From Macrostomum hystrix (lineage: Eukaryota; Animalia; Platyhelminthes), in the NCBI GenBank assembly GCA_950097015.1, contig CATNEN010000011.1, forward strand, positions 6,076,001 through 6,140,000: a stretch of DNA of 64,000 bases. The letters are read 5' to 3'. The notes beneath the pieces were generated by a model that ran no database searches, was not told the DNA's origin, and saw only the letters and a program-made list of their open reading frames with translations. Within the stretch, counting starts at the first letter, position 1. Every line of letters begins with the position of its first letter. Position numbers and translations under genes: made by a program. Shown here in pieces: positions 34,612 to 47,736 of this stretch.

Positions 34612-35200
34612 CTCCCTTCTCCCCTCCCTAATCTCTCCATTCTCCCCTCCCTAATCTCTCCATTCTCCCCTCCCTAATCTCTCCATTCTCTTCTCCCTAA
34701 TCTCTCCTTTCTCCCCTCCCTAATCTCTCAATTCTCCTCTCCCTAATCTCTCCATTCTCCCCTCCCTAATCTCTCCATTCTCTTCTCCCTAATCTCTCCA
34801 TTCTCTTCTCCCTAATCTCTCCATTCTCCTCTCCCTAATCTCTCCCTTCTCCCCTCCCTAATCTCTCCATTCTCTTCTCCCTAATCTCTCCATTCTCTTC
34901 TCCCTAATCTCTCCATTCTCCTCTCCCTAATCTCTCCATTCTCTTCTCCCTAATCTCTCCATTCTCCCCTCCCTAATCTCTCCATTCTCCCCTCCCTAAT
35001 CTCTCCATTCTCTTCTCCCTAATCTCTCCATTCTCCTCTCCCTAATCTCTCCCTTCTCCCCTCCCTAATCTCTCCATTCTCCCCTCCCTCATCTCTCCTT
35101 TCTCCCCCTCCCTAATCTCTCCTTTCTCCCCTTCCTAATCTCTCCCTTCTCCCCTCCTTCATCTCTCTCTATTCTGCCCCCACTCTCATCTCCCCCTTTT
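34612..35200. repeat. 23-bp CT-rich minisatellite tccctaatctctccattctc(tt/cc)c
   Basis: Direct reading. Confidence 0.95.
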
Positions 35201-35889
35201 CCCCTCTCCTTTCTCCCGTCTCATCTCTCAGGAGTATCTGGCGAGTTTAGTTTTCTATTATTGTGCTCAGCTGAGCGCAAATATTTCAGATATCGCCGAA
35301 CCGTTTCTTGCAATTCTCGGGTCTTTAATCAATCCGGACTCTGCAGTGACGTGTTTGCGTTGCTGGGAGAATAGCAACGAATTAGCCTCCTTGTCGCTGA
35401 CAGGCAGTTGCTCGGTTATATCGCATATTTACAAAGACGCAAAGGCGTCAGAGGTGACGCCACTCATCATTTTCGGCCAGCCGCAAAGGCCGAAGCGGCG
35501 GTTATCGTTGTTGTGGCAAAAATATTTCCGCTCGGATTAAAATTTCGCACCCCTGCGCGCGCTGTTGCGTCACTTTTTTTCTCTAAACTTTAGACTCAAC
35601 TTTTAATGGAAATGACCAGAGAGCGGCTGTCAAAGCTCTGGCGACTGTCCATAGGTATAAATTAAGAATTATCCTAATCTGTAATCGGCTGGAATGCGCT
35701 CAAGGGCGGGATTTTAACCCGACACGTGACCGGTAGCCCCACAGTTTCCAGGGGCGGAGCTTCATCAGTGGTCAGGCGGGTATTCAATTTCGTCCTTGAA
35801 TTTAGAATTCCAATGCGCTTTGCTGGCCGTTGCTTTGGGATAAAAAGGGAAAGCGATGCGGCGACAGGGGATAGGGCTGAGTTCAGGTA

Positions 35890-36290
35890 GAGAGATTTTG
35901 GAGCTGAGTGGAGAGAGGAGACATGAGAGAGGTGAGAGGAGAGGAAGAGAGAGGGAGAGAGGAGAAAGGGGAGAGAGAGAGGGAGAGGGAGAGAGGAGAT
36001 AGGAGAAAGGAGAGAGGAGATAGGAGAGAGGAGAGAGGAGATAGGAGAGAGGAGATAGGAGAGAGGAGAGAGGAGAGAGGAGTGAGGAGTGAGGAGAGAG
36101 GAGAGAGGAGATAGGAGAGAGGAGAGAGGAGAGAGGAGTGAGGAGTGAGGAGAGAGGAGAGAGGAGATAGGAGAGAAGAGAGAGGAGAGAGGAGAGAGGA
36201 GAGAGGAGAGAGGAGAGAGGAGAGAGGAGAGAGGAGAGAGGATAGAGGATAGAAGAGAGATGAGAGAGGAGAGGGGGGAGGGGAGAGGTG
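35890..36290. repeat. (gagagga)n purine tract
   Basis: Direct reading. Confidence 0.95.
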
Positions 36291-36811
36291 AGAGTGGAGC
36301 GAACAAGCAAGGAGAGTACCTTGCAGTTGTTGGTGGGCAGAAAAAGCCATTTAAAAAGGAATACAGAATAAAAGGCCTTTAAAATGAATCCAAAGTGGAA
36401 GTGATATCCGAGAGAGAGTCCACAGCTCTTCACATTTGCCCATTTCGTAGGTGTTAAGTGAGCATAGATAAGAAGAGGGCTCGAATAAATGCTCCGAAGT
36501 TCCATAAAGCAGAGAATTGGGAAACAATGACGTCATTGTTTCGCTTTGATTTATCAATAACTGTCGCGCCCGCAAACACAAATGGATAAGTTATCTACTG
36601 CCATGACAATGATGTCATCAATAATATTTTATCGGTCAATAACATGATAATTTAGGAATTGCGAAACTAAAACATGAAGTGCTTCTTTTATTAATTTGAA
36701 CAAGAGAGTAACAAAAAAAACATAAATTTGTTTGGCTTTCGATCTGAGGAAACGATATTTGACGTTGTATAAAGCATTTATTTTAATAAATTTAGATGAT
36801 CTTTTGCAAAA

Positions 36812-37348
36812 ATCCTAGATATTGGGATCTAGATTTATCCTAGATTTTGGGATCTAGATTCATCCTAGATTTTGGGATCTAGATTTATCCTAGATTTTGG
36901 GATCTAGATTTATCCTAGACTTCGGGATCTAGATTCATCCTAGATTTGGGATCTAGATTTATCCTAGATTTGGGATCTAGACTTATCCTAGATTTGGGAT
37001 CTAGACTTATCCTAGATTTGGGATCTAGACTTATCCTAGATTTTGGGATCTAGACTTATCCTAGATTTGGGATCTAGATTTATCCTAGATTTTGGGATCT
37101 AGACTTATCCTAGATTTTGGGATCTAGACTTATCCTAGATTTGGGAACTAGACTTATCCTAGATTTGGGAACTAGACTTATCCTAGATTTGGGAACTAGA
37201 CTTATCCTAGATTTGGGAACTAGACTTATCCTAGATTTGGGATCTAGATTTATCCTAGATTTGGGATCTAGACTTATCCTAGATTTTGGGATCTAGATTT
37301 AACCTAGATTTGGGAACTAGACTTATCCTAGATTTTGGGATCTAGATG
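36812..37348. repeat. 24-25-bp minisatellite atctaga(t/c)ttatcctagatt(t)tggg
   Basis: Direct reading; two CTAG per unit. Confidence 0.95.
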
Positions 37349-38239
37349 ATTCTACAAGTCTCTTAAATGCCTCTCATCTTGGCCACATTAATAGTTTTTC
37401 CCAATTCGTGACTAACAAAAAATTATCCCTAATAGCTTGAATTAACATCTAGCGTTGTTCCTTGTCCACCCAGCTGTGCTAAATGCTGGTCTGCAGAGGA
37501 GCGACAAGATTTCATTATTTAATTGCTCCCCAAGCGAACCAACTTATAGTTAGTTTAGAGTCAGGCATGATTTTTCGTGATTAGCGTGCTTGAGAACACC
37601 CGCTGAGAACTGTACCGCACCCTCTCTGAGAACTGTAGTCTCTCTTTTGACAACTCACAATTTCTGGTTGTGTGTACCATAGAAGGCAAAATTGGGAATT
37701 TGGGAAAAATCTCTACTTTTAGTCAAGCAACATTTTGTACGCACCTGTACGCCAATCAGATTTGGACTTCATAAAACATCGATAACTAATATTTCGATAC
37801 ATACCAGTTTAGACTGTCACTGACTGCATTTTCATTTTATAAAAAAGTAAGAGCAACTAAGCAGTATGACATGATGCAACGATAAGTTGAGATTTCCCGC
37901 TTAAATTGTACTCATAAATTGAGTTTGCGAGTCTCACAGATGTTTTTTTATCCACCTGATTGCAATCTGCATTAGTTGAGAATTGCTTTATCGGAAGCGA
38001 TGGCCTACAGTTGGATAGCGAAATTGTTGCTGGGGTCTATACTCATAACTGATGAGCTGACGAATTATCAGTGTAAATCAAGCCAACTACTTGGCATAGA
38101 AATGGATGTCCAAACTGATTGAAAGTAGCGAATTAAACATTTACGAAACGAATTTTTTTAGAATAGTGAAAATACTTAGTAGTAGATAAGTAGTTTAATA
38201 ATTGATTACACCTGTTCAAAATTTGGCTAGATTTGCAGT

Positions 38240-38400
38240 TGAGTACGACTGTTCAGTCCATGGACTGGACTGGAGGAACACAATTACCACAGCTAGCACT
38301 GGCACCTATTTAAGCAACAAAGAGTTAAAGTGTCTTGGACTGGACATAAATTAATCCAGTGGAGTCGGGAATCGAACCCACGACCTTCAAGTCCGACCCT
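38240..38400 (-). mobile_element. SINE family B, degenerate
   Basis: ggagtcgggaatcgaacccacgaccttcaagtc and ctgttcagtccatggac match the other copies. Confidence 0.7.
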
Positions 38401-38454
38401 TACTGGAAAAATAAAAGTAGTGCAGTATTATGATTGATTAATTAGTCCTAGCTC

Positions 38455-38515
38455 GCATTGGTGTCTTGGAGTAGACTCGAAGCCAACGAAGAGGCAATTC
38501 TGCCCACACAGAGGT
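38455..38515 (-). mobile_element. SINE family A 3'-body fragment
   Basis: Reverse complement gggcagaattgcctcttcgttggcttcgagtctac matches 33880-33914. Confidence 0.7.
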
Positions 38516-38984
38516 CAAAACTGATTTAAGCAGTTGAGCTGTGTCCAACTTTAACAAGCTAAGAGCGTCTTTTGCACGAATATTTCGTGCGGGTTGTAAA
38601 ACACAATGCGGCCCTTAATAAACACGAATAAATATTGAGTCCATGCCTTGTCCACCTGAGTGTTGGAAATCTTTTAACAAGTTAAATTATTGCTGGGGAA
38701 CTATATTGGCCAGTTATAGGGAGTCATAAAAAACTATTTTCCATGCCCCAAAATTGGCCAAATCCCTTGTTTTCGAGTATATAGCCTTTTAAAAAGCAGT
38801 GTTTGAGCAATCCTTTGGAATCGTAAAATAATATTATAGTTAGCACAGGAGTTCATTGCAGGTGTTCTTAGTTTGCTCTTTTGCAACCAGAAATTGCTAA
38901 ATACTATTTTTGCAACTTCGGGAATCGCTTTGCCATACAATCGTAATTAGTTTGAAACTTAAGCAACCCTTTCCTCATCTCTGC

Positions 38985-39660
38985 CTTCGTCTCACTCTCC
39001 CTCTCCTCCTGCTCTTCCCTCTCCTCCTGCTATTCCCTGTCCTTCTGCTATTCCCTGTCCTCCTGCTTTTCCCTGTCCTCCTGCTTTTCCCTGTCCTCCT
39101 GCTTTTCCCTGTCCTCCTGCTTTTCCCTGTCCTCCTGCTTTTCCCTGTCCTCCTGCTTTTCCCTGTCCTTCTGCTTTTCCCTGCCCTTCTGCTTTTCCCT
39201 GTCCTTCTGCTTTTCCCTGTCCTCCTGCTTTTCCCTGTCCTTCTGCTTTTCCCTGTCCTTCTGCTTTTCCCTGTCCTCCTGCTTTTCCCTGTCCTTCTGC
39301 TTTTCCCTGTCCTCCTGCTTTTCCCTGTCCTTCTGCTTTTCCCTGTCCTTCTGCTTTTCCCTGCCCTTCTGCTTTTCCCTGTCCTTCTGCTTTTCCCTGT
39401 CCTTCTGCTTTTCCCTGTCCTCCTGCTTTTCCCTGTCCTCCTGCTTTTCCCTGCCCTTCTGCTTTTCCCTGTCCTCCTGCTTTTCCCTCTCCTCCTGCTT
39501 TTCCCTCTCCTCCTGCTTTTCCCTGTCCTCCTGCTTTTCCCTGTCCTCCTGCTTTTCCCTGTCCTCCTGCTTTTCCCTGTCCTTCTGCTTTTCCCTGTCC
39601 TCCTGCTTTTCCCTGTCCTCCTGCTTTTCCCTGTCCTCCTGCTTTTCTTTCTCCCTTTCT
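38985..39660. repeat. 18-bp minisatellite ctgcttttccctgtcct(c/t)
   Basis: Direct reading; source of the LLFPVL and QEDREK ORFs. Confidence 0.96.
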
Positions 39661-40162
39661 CCCTCCTCTCTATATCCCAACCATTTCACAAGGCCAAGCG
39701 GGTTCCAATTTTCCTCTTCTGCACAAAGCAAAATCGGCCCGAAACTCAAAAGCCTCAGCATCGACTATGGATATAACAGTTGGCCATGGCGAGTCTGTCA
39801 TTCACAATTATTCGCCATTGGGGAGCAGCCGACCCTGTATTCCCAGATCTCCGTGCGAGCACGGAGAATGAAAATAAACAGGTTCAAAGCAATATTCCTT
39901 ATCTCAAACAGCACTCAGTTGTGAGCACATCCACAGAGACGTCAAACTTCTGGTCTACTAATTTGCATACGAGAGGAATAATGAAAGATTCTATTCTTCC
40001 AATATTTCTTCAGCCATTCTTAATGCGTTGAGCAACTCAACCTTTGAGTCGGAGGGGCCAATAAATGGCGGTGGCACCTGTCCACGAATTGTTTTGATTG
40101 ATTCCCAAGGACTCAGCTACGCATTAAGTTGGAGGACGCAACACTCACAGTTCTTGGGAAAT

Positions 40163-42502
40163 TGCTGAGGCAGTGAGGGATGGGGTGTGGGGAAATGGCT
40201 GAGGCAGTGAAGGATGGGGTGTGGGGAAATGGCTGAGGCAGTGAGGGATGGGGTGTGGGGAAATGGCTGAGGCAGTGAGGGATGGGGTGTGGGGAAATGG
40301 CTGAGGCAGTGAAGGATGGGGTGTGGGGAAATGGCTGAGGCAGTGAGGGATGGGGTGTGGGGAAATGGCTGAGGAAGTGAGGGATGGGGTGTGGGGAAAT
40401 GGCTGAGGCAGTGAAGGATGGGGTGTGGGGAAATGGCTGAGGAAGTGAGGGATGGGGTGTGGGGAAATGGCTGAGGCAGTGAAGGATGGGGTGTGGGGAA
40501 ATGGCTGAGGCAGTGAAGGATGGGGTGTGGGGAAATGGCTGAGGAAGTGAGGGATGGGGTGTGGGGAAATGGCTGAGGCAGTGAAGGATGGGGTGTGGGG
40601 AAATGGCTGAGGAAGTGAGGGATGGGGTGTGGGGAAATGGCTGAGGAAGTGAAGGATGGGGTGTGGGGAAATGGCTGAGGCAGTGAAGGATGGGGTGTGG
40701 GGAAATGGCTGAGGCAGTGAAGGATGGGGTGTGGGGAAATGGCTGAGGAAGTGAAGGATGGGGTGTGGGGAAATGGCTGAGGCAGTGGGGGATGGGGTGT
40801 GGGGAAATGGCTGAGGCAGTGAGGGATGGGGTGTGGGGAAATGGCTGAGGCAGTGAGGGATGGGGTGTGGGGAAATGGCTGAGGAAGTGAGGGATGGGGT
40901 GTGGGGAAATGGCTGAGGCAGTGAGGGATGGGGTGTGGGGAAATGGCTGAGGCAGTGAGGGATGGGGTGTGGGGAAATGGCTGAGGCAGTGAAGGATGGG
41001 GTGTGGGGAAATGGCTGAGGCAGTGGGGGATGGGGTGTGGGGAAATGGCTGAGGCAGTGAGGGATGGGGTGTGGGGAAATGGCTGAGGCAGTGAGGGATG
41101 GGGTGTGGGGAAATGGCTGAGGAAGTGAGGGATGGGGTGTGGGGAAATGGCTGAGGCAGTGAGGGATGGGGTGTGGGGAAATGGCTGAGGCAGTGAGGGA
41201 TGGGGTGTGGGGAAATGGCTGAGGAAGTGAAGGATGGGGTGTGGGGAAATGGCTGAGGAAGTGAGGGATGGGGTGTGGGGAAATGGCTGAGGCAGTGAAG
41301 GATGGGGTGTGGGGAAATGGCTGAGGCAGTGAGGGATGGGGTGTGGGGAAATGGCTGAGGCAGTGAGGGATGGGGTGTGGGGAAATGGCTGAGGCAGTGA
41401 GGGATGGGGTGTGGGGAAATGGCTGAGGAAGTGAAGGATGGGGTGTGGGGAAATGGCTGAGGAAGTGAGGGATGGGGTGTGGGGAAATGGCTGAGGCAGT
41501 GAAGGATGGGGTGTGGGGAAATGGCTGAGGCAGTGAGGGATGGGGTGTGGGGAAATGGCTGAGGCAGTGAGGGATGGGGTGTGGGGAAATGGCTGAGGCA
41601 GTGAAGGATGGGGTGTGGGGAAATGGCTGAGGCAGTGAGGGATGGGGTGTGGGGAAATGGCTGAGGAAGTGAGGGATGGGGTGTGGGGAAATGGCTGAGG
41701 CAGTGAAGGATGGGGTGTGGGGAAATGGCTGAGGAAGTGAGGGATGGGGTGTGGGGAAATGGCTGAGGCAGTGAAGGATGGGGTGTGGGGAAATGGCTGA
41801 GGCAGTGAAGGATGGGGTGTGGGGAAATGGCTGAGGAAGTGAGGGATGGGGTGTGGGGAAATGGCTGAGGCAGTGAAGGATGGGGTGTGGGGAAATGGCT
41901 GAGGAAGTGAAGGATGGGGTGTGGGGAAATGGCTGAGGCAGTGAGGGATGGGGTGTGTGGAAATGGCTGAGGCAGTGAAGGATGGGGTGTGGGGAAATGG
42001 CTGAGGAAGTGAAGGATGGGGTGTGGGGAAATGGCTGAGGCAGTGGGGGATGGGGTGTGGGGAAATGGCTGAGGCAGTGAGGGATGGGGTGTGGGGAAAT
42101 GGCTGAGGCAGTGAGGGATGGGGTGTGGGGAAATGGCTGAGGAAGTGAGGGATGGGGTGTGGGGAAATGGCTGAGGCAGTGAGGGATGGGGTGTGGGGAA
42201 ATGGCTGAGGCAGTGAAGGATGGGGTGTGGGGAAATGGCTGAGGCAGTGAAGGATGGGGTGTGGGGAAATGGCTGAGGCAGTGAAGGATGGGGTGTGGGG
42301 AAATGGCTGAGGCAGTGAGGGATGGGGTGTGGGGAAATGGCTGAGGCAGTGAAGGATGGGGTGTGGGGAAATGGCTGAGGCAGTGAAGGATGGGGTGTGG
42401 GGAAATGGCTGAGGCAGTGAAGGATGGGGTGTGGGGAAATGGCTGAGGCAGTGAAGGATGGGGTGTGGGGAAATGGCTGGGGAAGTGAAGGATGGGGTGT
42501 GG
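40163..42502. repeat. 34-bp G-rich minisatellite, about 68 copies
   Basis: Unit ggggaaatggctgagg(c/a)agtga(g/a)ggatggggtgt; period checked at 40201/40235. Confidence 0.98.
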
Positions 42503-43315
42503 GTAAATTACTGTGGCGCGGAAGAGTCGGGTAAGGAAAATGAAATAAGTTTTAGCCTAATCGATAATAAATCATTGAGTCCTGCAGATTTGAGGTAAAT
42601 GACTCAAATCATTGAGTCCTGCAGATTTGGACTCCATATTGCTGATCGCAAATATATAAAAAACGCCGTCAACCTTTGGCCGAGCAAAAGCAAACAGTTT
42701 CCCAAATACAAAAATCTGTCAAGAAAATTCGGTGACATTTGGCTATTTTTCGAGGATCTCCAGTCAGCTGATAGTGCTAAATTTAATCGATGAAGCGTTG
42801 AAACTTTCTGAGAAAAGCCAGCAAACAGAAGCCAGCACTCCGCACTGGAAGATATGAAAATGGGAGACACATTTTTTTGGCCGCCATTAGCCGGTTGATA
42901 AGAGAGCAATTGGTGATTCCTCTGCTTTCAATATTTGCCCGTCCAGCGCAGTTTAGAGTTCGCACGCCTTGATTTGGCTGGCGACCCCGTGCTTGCATGC
43001 GGTGGGCCCAGTGTCCACTCAGCGCCGATTCAAGCCCATCTGGCACCGAGTTCTTTTGCTTTATTTCCCCATTCCCAGCTGATAATAAACTATTTCCCTC
43101 GTCTCTTTAACTGGTCAGTTATTTCTCACGTTACTTTTTTGTTAAAATCTGGAGCGACACTTAAAGAAATACAGAATTACATTTTCTGTCATCAAGGTTC
43201 ACTTGACTTGACAGCTTCATTCTGGCTGTCACGTGCCATGGTCACGTGACAGCGGCTATTGGAGCTGCGAGACGACAATTGCTTTACTGAGAGAATAGAA
43301 TATCATCGTTAACGG

Positions 43316-45412
43316 AAGATCTCATGTCCATCTCTCACTATAGATCTCATGTACATCTCTCACTATAGATCTCATGTACATCTCTCACTATAGATCTCAT
43401 GTCCATCTCTCACTATAGATCTCATGTACATCTCTCACTATAGATCTCATGTCCATCTCTCACTATAGATCTCATGTACATCTCTCACTATAGATCTCAT
43501 GTACATCTCTCACTATAGATCTCATGTCCATCTCTCACTATAGATCTCATGTACATCTCTCACTATAGATCTCATGTCCATCTCTCACTATAGATCTCAT
43601 GTCCATCTCTCACTATAGATCTCATGTCCATCTCTCACTATAGATCTCATGTACATCTCTCACTATAGATCTCATGCACATCTCTCACTATAGATCTCAT
43701 GTACATCTCTCACTATAGATCTCATGTACATCTCTCACTATAGATCTCATGTCCATCTCTCACTATAGATCTCATGTCCATCTCTCACTATAGATCTCAT
43801 GTACATCTCTCACTATAGATCTCATGTACATCTCTCACTATAGATCTCATGTACATCTCTCACTATAGATCTCATGTACATCTCTCACTATAGATCTCAT
43901 TTACATCTCTCACTATAGATCTCATGTACATCTCTCACTATAGATCTCATGTACATCTCTCACTATAGATCTCATGTACATCTCTCACTATAGATCTCAT
44001 TTACATCTCTCACTATAGATCTCATGCGCATCTCTCACTATAGATCTCATGTACATCTCTCACTATAGATCTCATGCACATCTCTCACTATAGATCTCAT
44101 GCACATCTCTCACTATAGATCTCATGTACATCTCTCACTATAGATCTCATGTACATCTCTCACTATAGATCTCATGTACATCTCTCACTATAGATCTCAT
44201 GCACATCTCTCACTATAGATCTCATGCGCATCTCTCACTATAGATCTCATGTACATCTCTCACTATAGATCTCATGCACATCTCTCACTATAGATCTCAT
44301 GTACATCTCTCACTATAGATCTCATTTACATCTCTCACTATAGATCTCATGCGCATCTCTCACTATAGATCTCATGTACATCTCTCACTATAGATCTCAT
44401 GCACATCTCTCACTATAGATCTAATGTACATCTCTCACTATAGATCTCATGTACAACTCTCACTATAGATCTCATGCACATCTCTCACTATAGATCTCAT
44501 GTACATCTCTCACTATAGATCTCATGTACATCTCATATCGGTCGATCTCACGTCCAATTCTCACGCGGTAGATCTCCTGTACATGTACATCTTATGTCTG
44601 TTTCTCACGGTAGATCTTAAGTACATCTTAGTCTCACGGTAGATGTCATGTCCTTCTCTCACAGTAGATCTCGTGTCCATTTCTCACAGTAGATCTCGTG
44701 TCCATTTCTCACAGTAGATCTCGTGTCCATCTCTCACAGTAGATCTCGTGTCCATTTCTCACAGTAGATCTCATGTCCATCTCTCACAGTAGATCTCGTG
44801 TCCATCTCTCACAGTAGATCTCGTGTCCATTTCTCACAGTAGATCTCATGTCCATCTCTCACAGTAGATCTCGTGTCCATTTCTCACAGTAGATCTCATG
44901 TCCATCTCTCACAGTAGATCTCGTGTCCATTTCTCACAGTAGATCTCGTGTCCATTTCTCACAGTAGATCTCGTGTCTATCTCTCACAGTAGATCTCGTG
45001 TCCATTTCTCACAGTAGATCTCATGTCCATCTCTCACAGTAGATCTCGTGTCCATTTCTCACAGTAGATCTCGTGTCCATTTCTCACAGTAGATCTCGTG
45101 TCCATCTCTAACAGTAGATCTCGTGTCCATTTCTCACAGTAGATCTCGTGTCCATTTCTCACAGTAGATCTCGTGTCCATTTCTCACAGTAGATCTCGTG
45201 TCCATTTCTCACAGTAGATCTCGTGTCCATTTCTCACAGTAGATCTCGTGTCCATTTCTCACAGTAGATCTCGTGTCCATTTCTCACAGTAGATCTCGTG
45301 TCCATCTCTCACAGTAGATCTCGTGTCCATTTCTCACAGTAGATCTCGTGTCCATTTCTCACAGTAGATCTCGTGTCCATCTCTCACAGTAGATCTCGTG
45401 TCCATTTCTCAC
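43316..45412. repeat. Two adjacent related 25-bp arrays
   Basis: agatctcatgtacatctctcactat (43316-44530) and agatctcgtgtccatttctcacagt (44640-45412). Confidence 0.97.
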
Positions 45413-46375
45413 GGTTGGTCTAATCTCCACGCCCAAAACTATAAGCCATTTGTTAATCCAAATAGCACAAAGAACAACAAAGACAAGAAATTTTAATCAA
45501 AAAGTTTAAAGGGCTAAGGGAGCAGGTCCAATTAATAGCTCAAATGAGATATTAGGTAATATATTTTAGTGACAAGCAAGCGAAAGCAATAATAATTAAT
45601 ATTGTTGTGCCGGCTTTACCAAATTGATATAGTTACTTTGCTTAGAGAAAAAAAGCAAAACAATAATTTTTAAGAAAACTATAAAGCATAAGAATAAGTG
45701 GTGGTGACGATGAAGCTAAATATGGGGATTCTAAAAAACATCCAAAGAAAACAAAAAGATCTTGATGCATTATATAAAAAACTCCCTAAAAATATTATTT
45801 TTGTTAGTGCTAGATAAAAAAAGCGCGCAATATCGGCGCAGGCCTACTGTAAGTAGCGCGAACAGAATTTTACCGATTTTTTGTCGTTTTAGCAGCTAAA
45901 AATGTATGAAAACAGCGAAGCAAACGAATCGTAACATTTCTACGCATTTAATCAGCTTTTTGTTGTTTTAATGAACTAGTATTATTTCTAGGAAATATAA
46001 ACTTTCTTGTTTTTTTCTTCAGACGACTACAAAAAAGCGGGACGAATATTTATTTAGAGACTTACGAAAGATGACGAAGAAAAGTTTTATTTTTGTTATA
46101 AATGAACGAAACTAATAAGTTTTGAAATCCTCTCCGTTTCTCGTCTCCCACTTAAGTTTATAGCAGAATAAATAGTTTTGTTTAAAACTAACAAATACGA
46201 AGAATGCTAAACGAAATAACCGAGACAGAGAGGATTCTCACTAGTAAATTATTTTATTAGGAGTAAATAGTAGATAATGAACAATAAGCTAGTTGAAGTG
46301 TTTCGTTACTGATTAGAAGCGAGTCAGGTCAGCTCACCAGTAGGCGGGAATTGGTGGGTAGTAGGCATTAACAGG

Positions 46376-47122
46376 TCAGTTCTGGAACACATTCAGCGTG
46401 AACTTCTGGTAGTTGTAGGCGTCGGGAACGGATCGGCCGTTCGGGTCGACGTACGGCTCCATGCTCCTGACGCAGTAGTCGGCCTGGGCCTTGGGCAGCG
46501 AGCTGTACAGCTCGTCCCGGGTGATGTAGGGCCTGCCCTCGCGGCACAGAGCTTTGAAGGCCTCTTCAACGTCCAGTCGGGAGGAGACATTCTCGGTCTC
46601 CTTGGCGATCATGTAGTTGATGAATTCTTGCATTTCAACGTGACCGCTGCGGTTGGGGTCGACCCGAGCCATGACCGCGTCGAAGACAGCGTCGCTTTCT
46701 TCGCCGAATTTCAGGTCGTGCCCGAGAGCCAGCAGGCACTGCTTGAATTCGCGCTTATCCAGCCGGCCGGAGTTGTCCTTGTCGAAGTGCTTGAACATCA
46801 TGATGTACTCGCGCTTGACATCGTCCGGCACTCCGGCCTGCTGCAGGGCAAGGATAGTCTGCTCCAGACTGTGCTGCATTCGCATAGCCAGCTGGTCTAG
46901 CTGGTCCCAGGCTTGGCTAAGCGACACGGCCGAATGGCTGGTGTACTGATTCTCCAGAATCATCTCGTTCTCAAGCGATGTTGTCCACTGGTTGATGTCC
47001 TTCAGGTCCTGCTTGCGAGCGCGAATGTCAACGGAGGCCTCCTTGATGCGCTGAAGCTGGGCCTCGTAGTTCAGGTCCTCCTGGGTGCTGATGCTCAGCA
47101 TGGCCCGGCGAGTGGTCTCAAC
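46376..47122 (-). CDS. SPTAN1: Alpha-spectrin terminal exon (last repeat plus EF hands)
   Basis: MMFKHFDKDNSGRLDKREFKQCL, VDPNRSGHV, QADYCVRSMEPYVD; TGA at 46378-46376. Confidence 0.97.
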   Translation of the reverse strand, partial: VETTRRAMLSISTQEDLNYEAQLQRIKEASVDIRARKQDLKDINQWTTSLENEMILENQYTSHSAVSLSQAWDQLDQLAMRMQHSLEQTILALQQAGVPDDVKREYIMMFKHFDKDNSGRLDKREFKQCLLALGHDLKFGEESDAVFDAVMARVDPNRSGHVEMQEFINYMIAKETENVSSRLDVEEAFKALCREGRPYITRDELYSSLPKAQADYCVRSMEPYVDPNGRSVPDAYNYQKFTLNVFQN

Positions 47123-47279
47123 CTTGATACGAATTAGATAAATAATAGTTGCTATGTGCTTGCTACTCTACTTATAGAACTGGATGAGTAGTATAATGAG
47201 AATTCAGACATTATATTATGGACCTGAATCGTGATTTTAAACTCAGCTACAACCAGCTACTCAGTAGTTATCCTATATC

Positions 47280-47726
47280 TACTAAGTAAATCCTTCAGCA
47301 ACTCAGTAAATCCATCAGCTACTCAGTAAATCCTTCAGCTGCTCAGTAAATCCATCAGCTACTCAGTAAATCCATCAGCTACTCAGTAAATCCATCAGCT
47401 ACTCAGTAAATCCATCAGCTACTCAGTAAATCCATCAGCTACTCAGTAAATCCATCAGCTACTCAGTAAATCCATCAGCTACTCAGTAAATCCATCAGCT
47501 ACTCAGTAAATCCATCAGCTACTCAGTAAATCCATCAGCTACTCAGTAAATCCATCAGCTACTCAGTAAATCCATCAGCTACTCAGTAAATCCATCAGCT
47601 ACTCAGTAAATCCATCAGCTACTCAGTAAATCCATCAGCTACTCAGTAAATCCTTCAGCTGCTCAGTAAATCCATCAGCTACTCAGTAAATCCATCAGAT
47701 TCTCAGTAAATCCTTCAGCTGCTCAG
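47280..47726. repeat. 20-bp intronic minisatellite actcagtaaatccatcagct
   Basis: Direct reading. Confidence 0.96.
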
Positions 47727-47736
47727 TCCAACTCAC

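Noticed and set aside
38910-39776. LLFPVL membrane protein or QEDREK coiled-coil ORF
   Set aside because: Translation of a stop-free 18-bp minisatellite, open on both strands.
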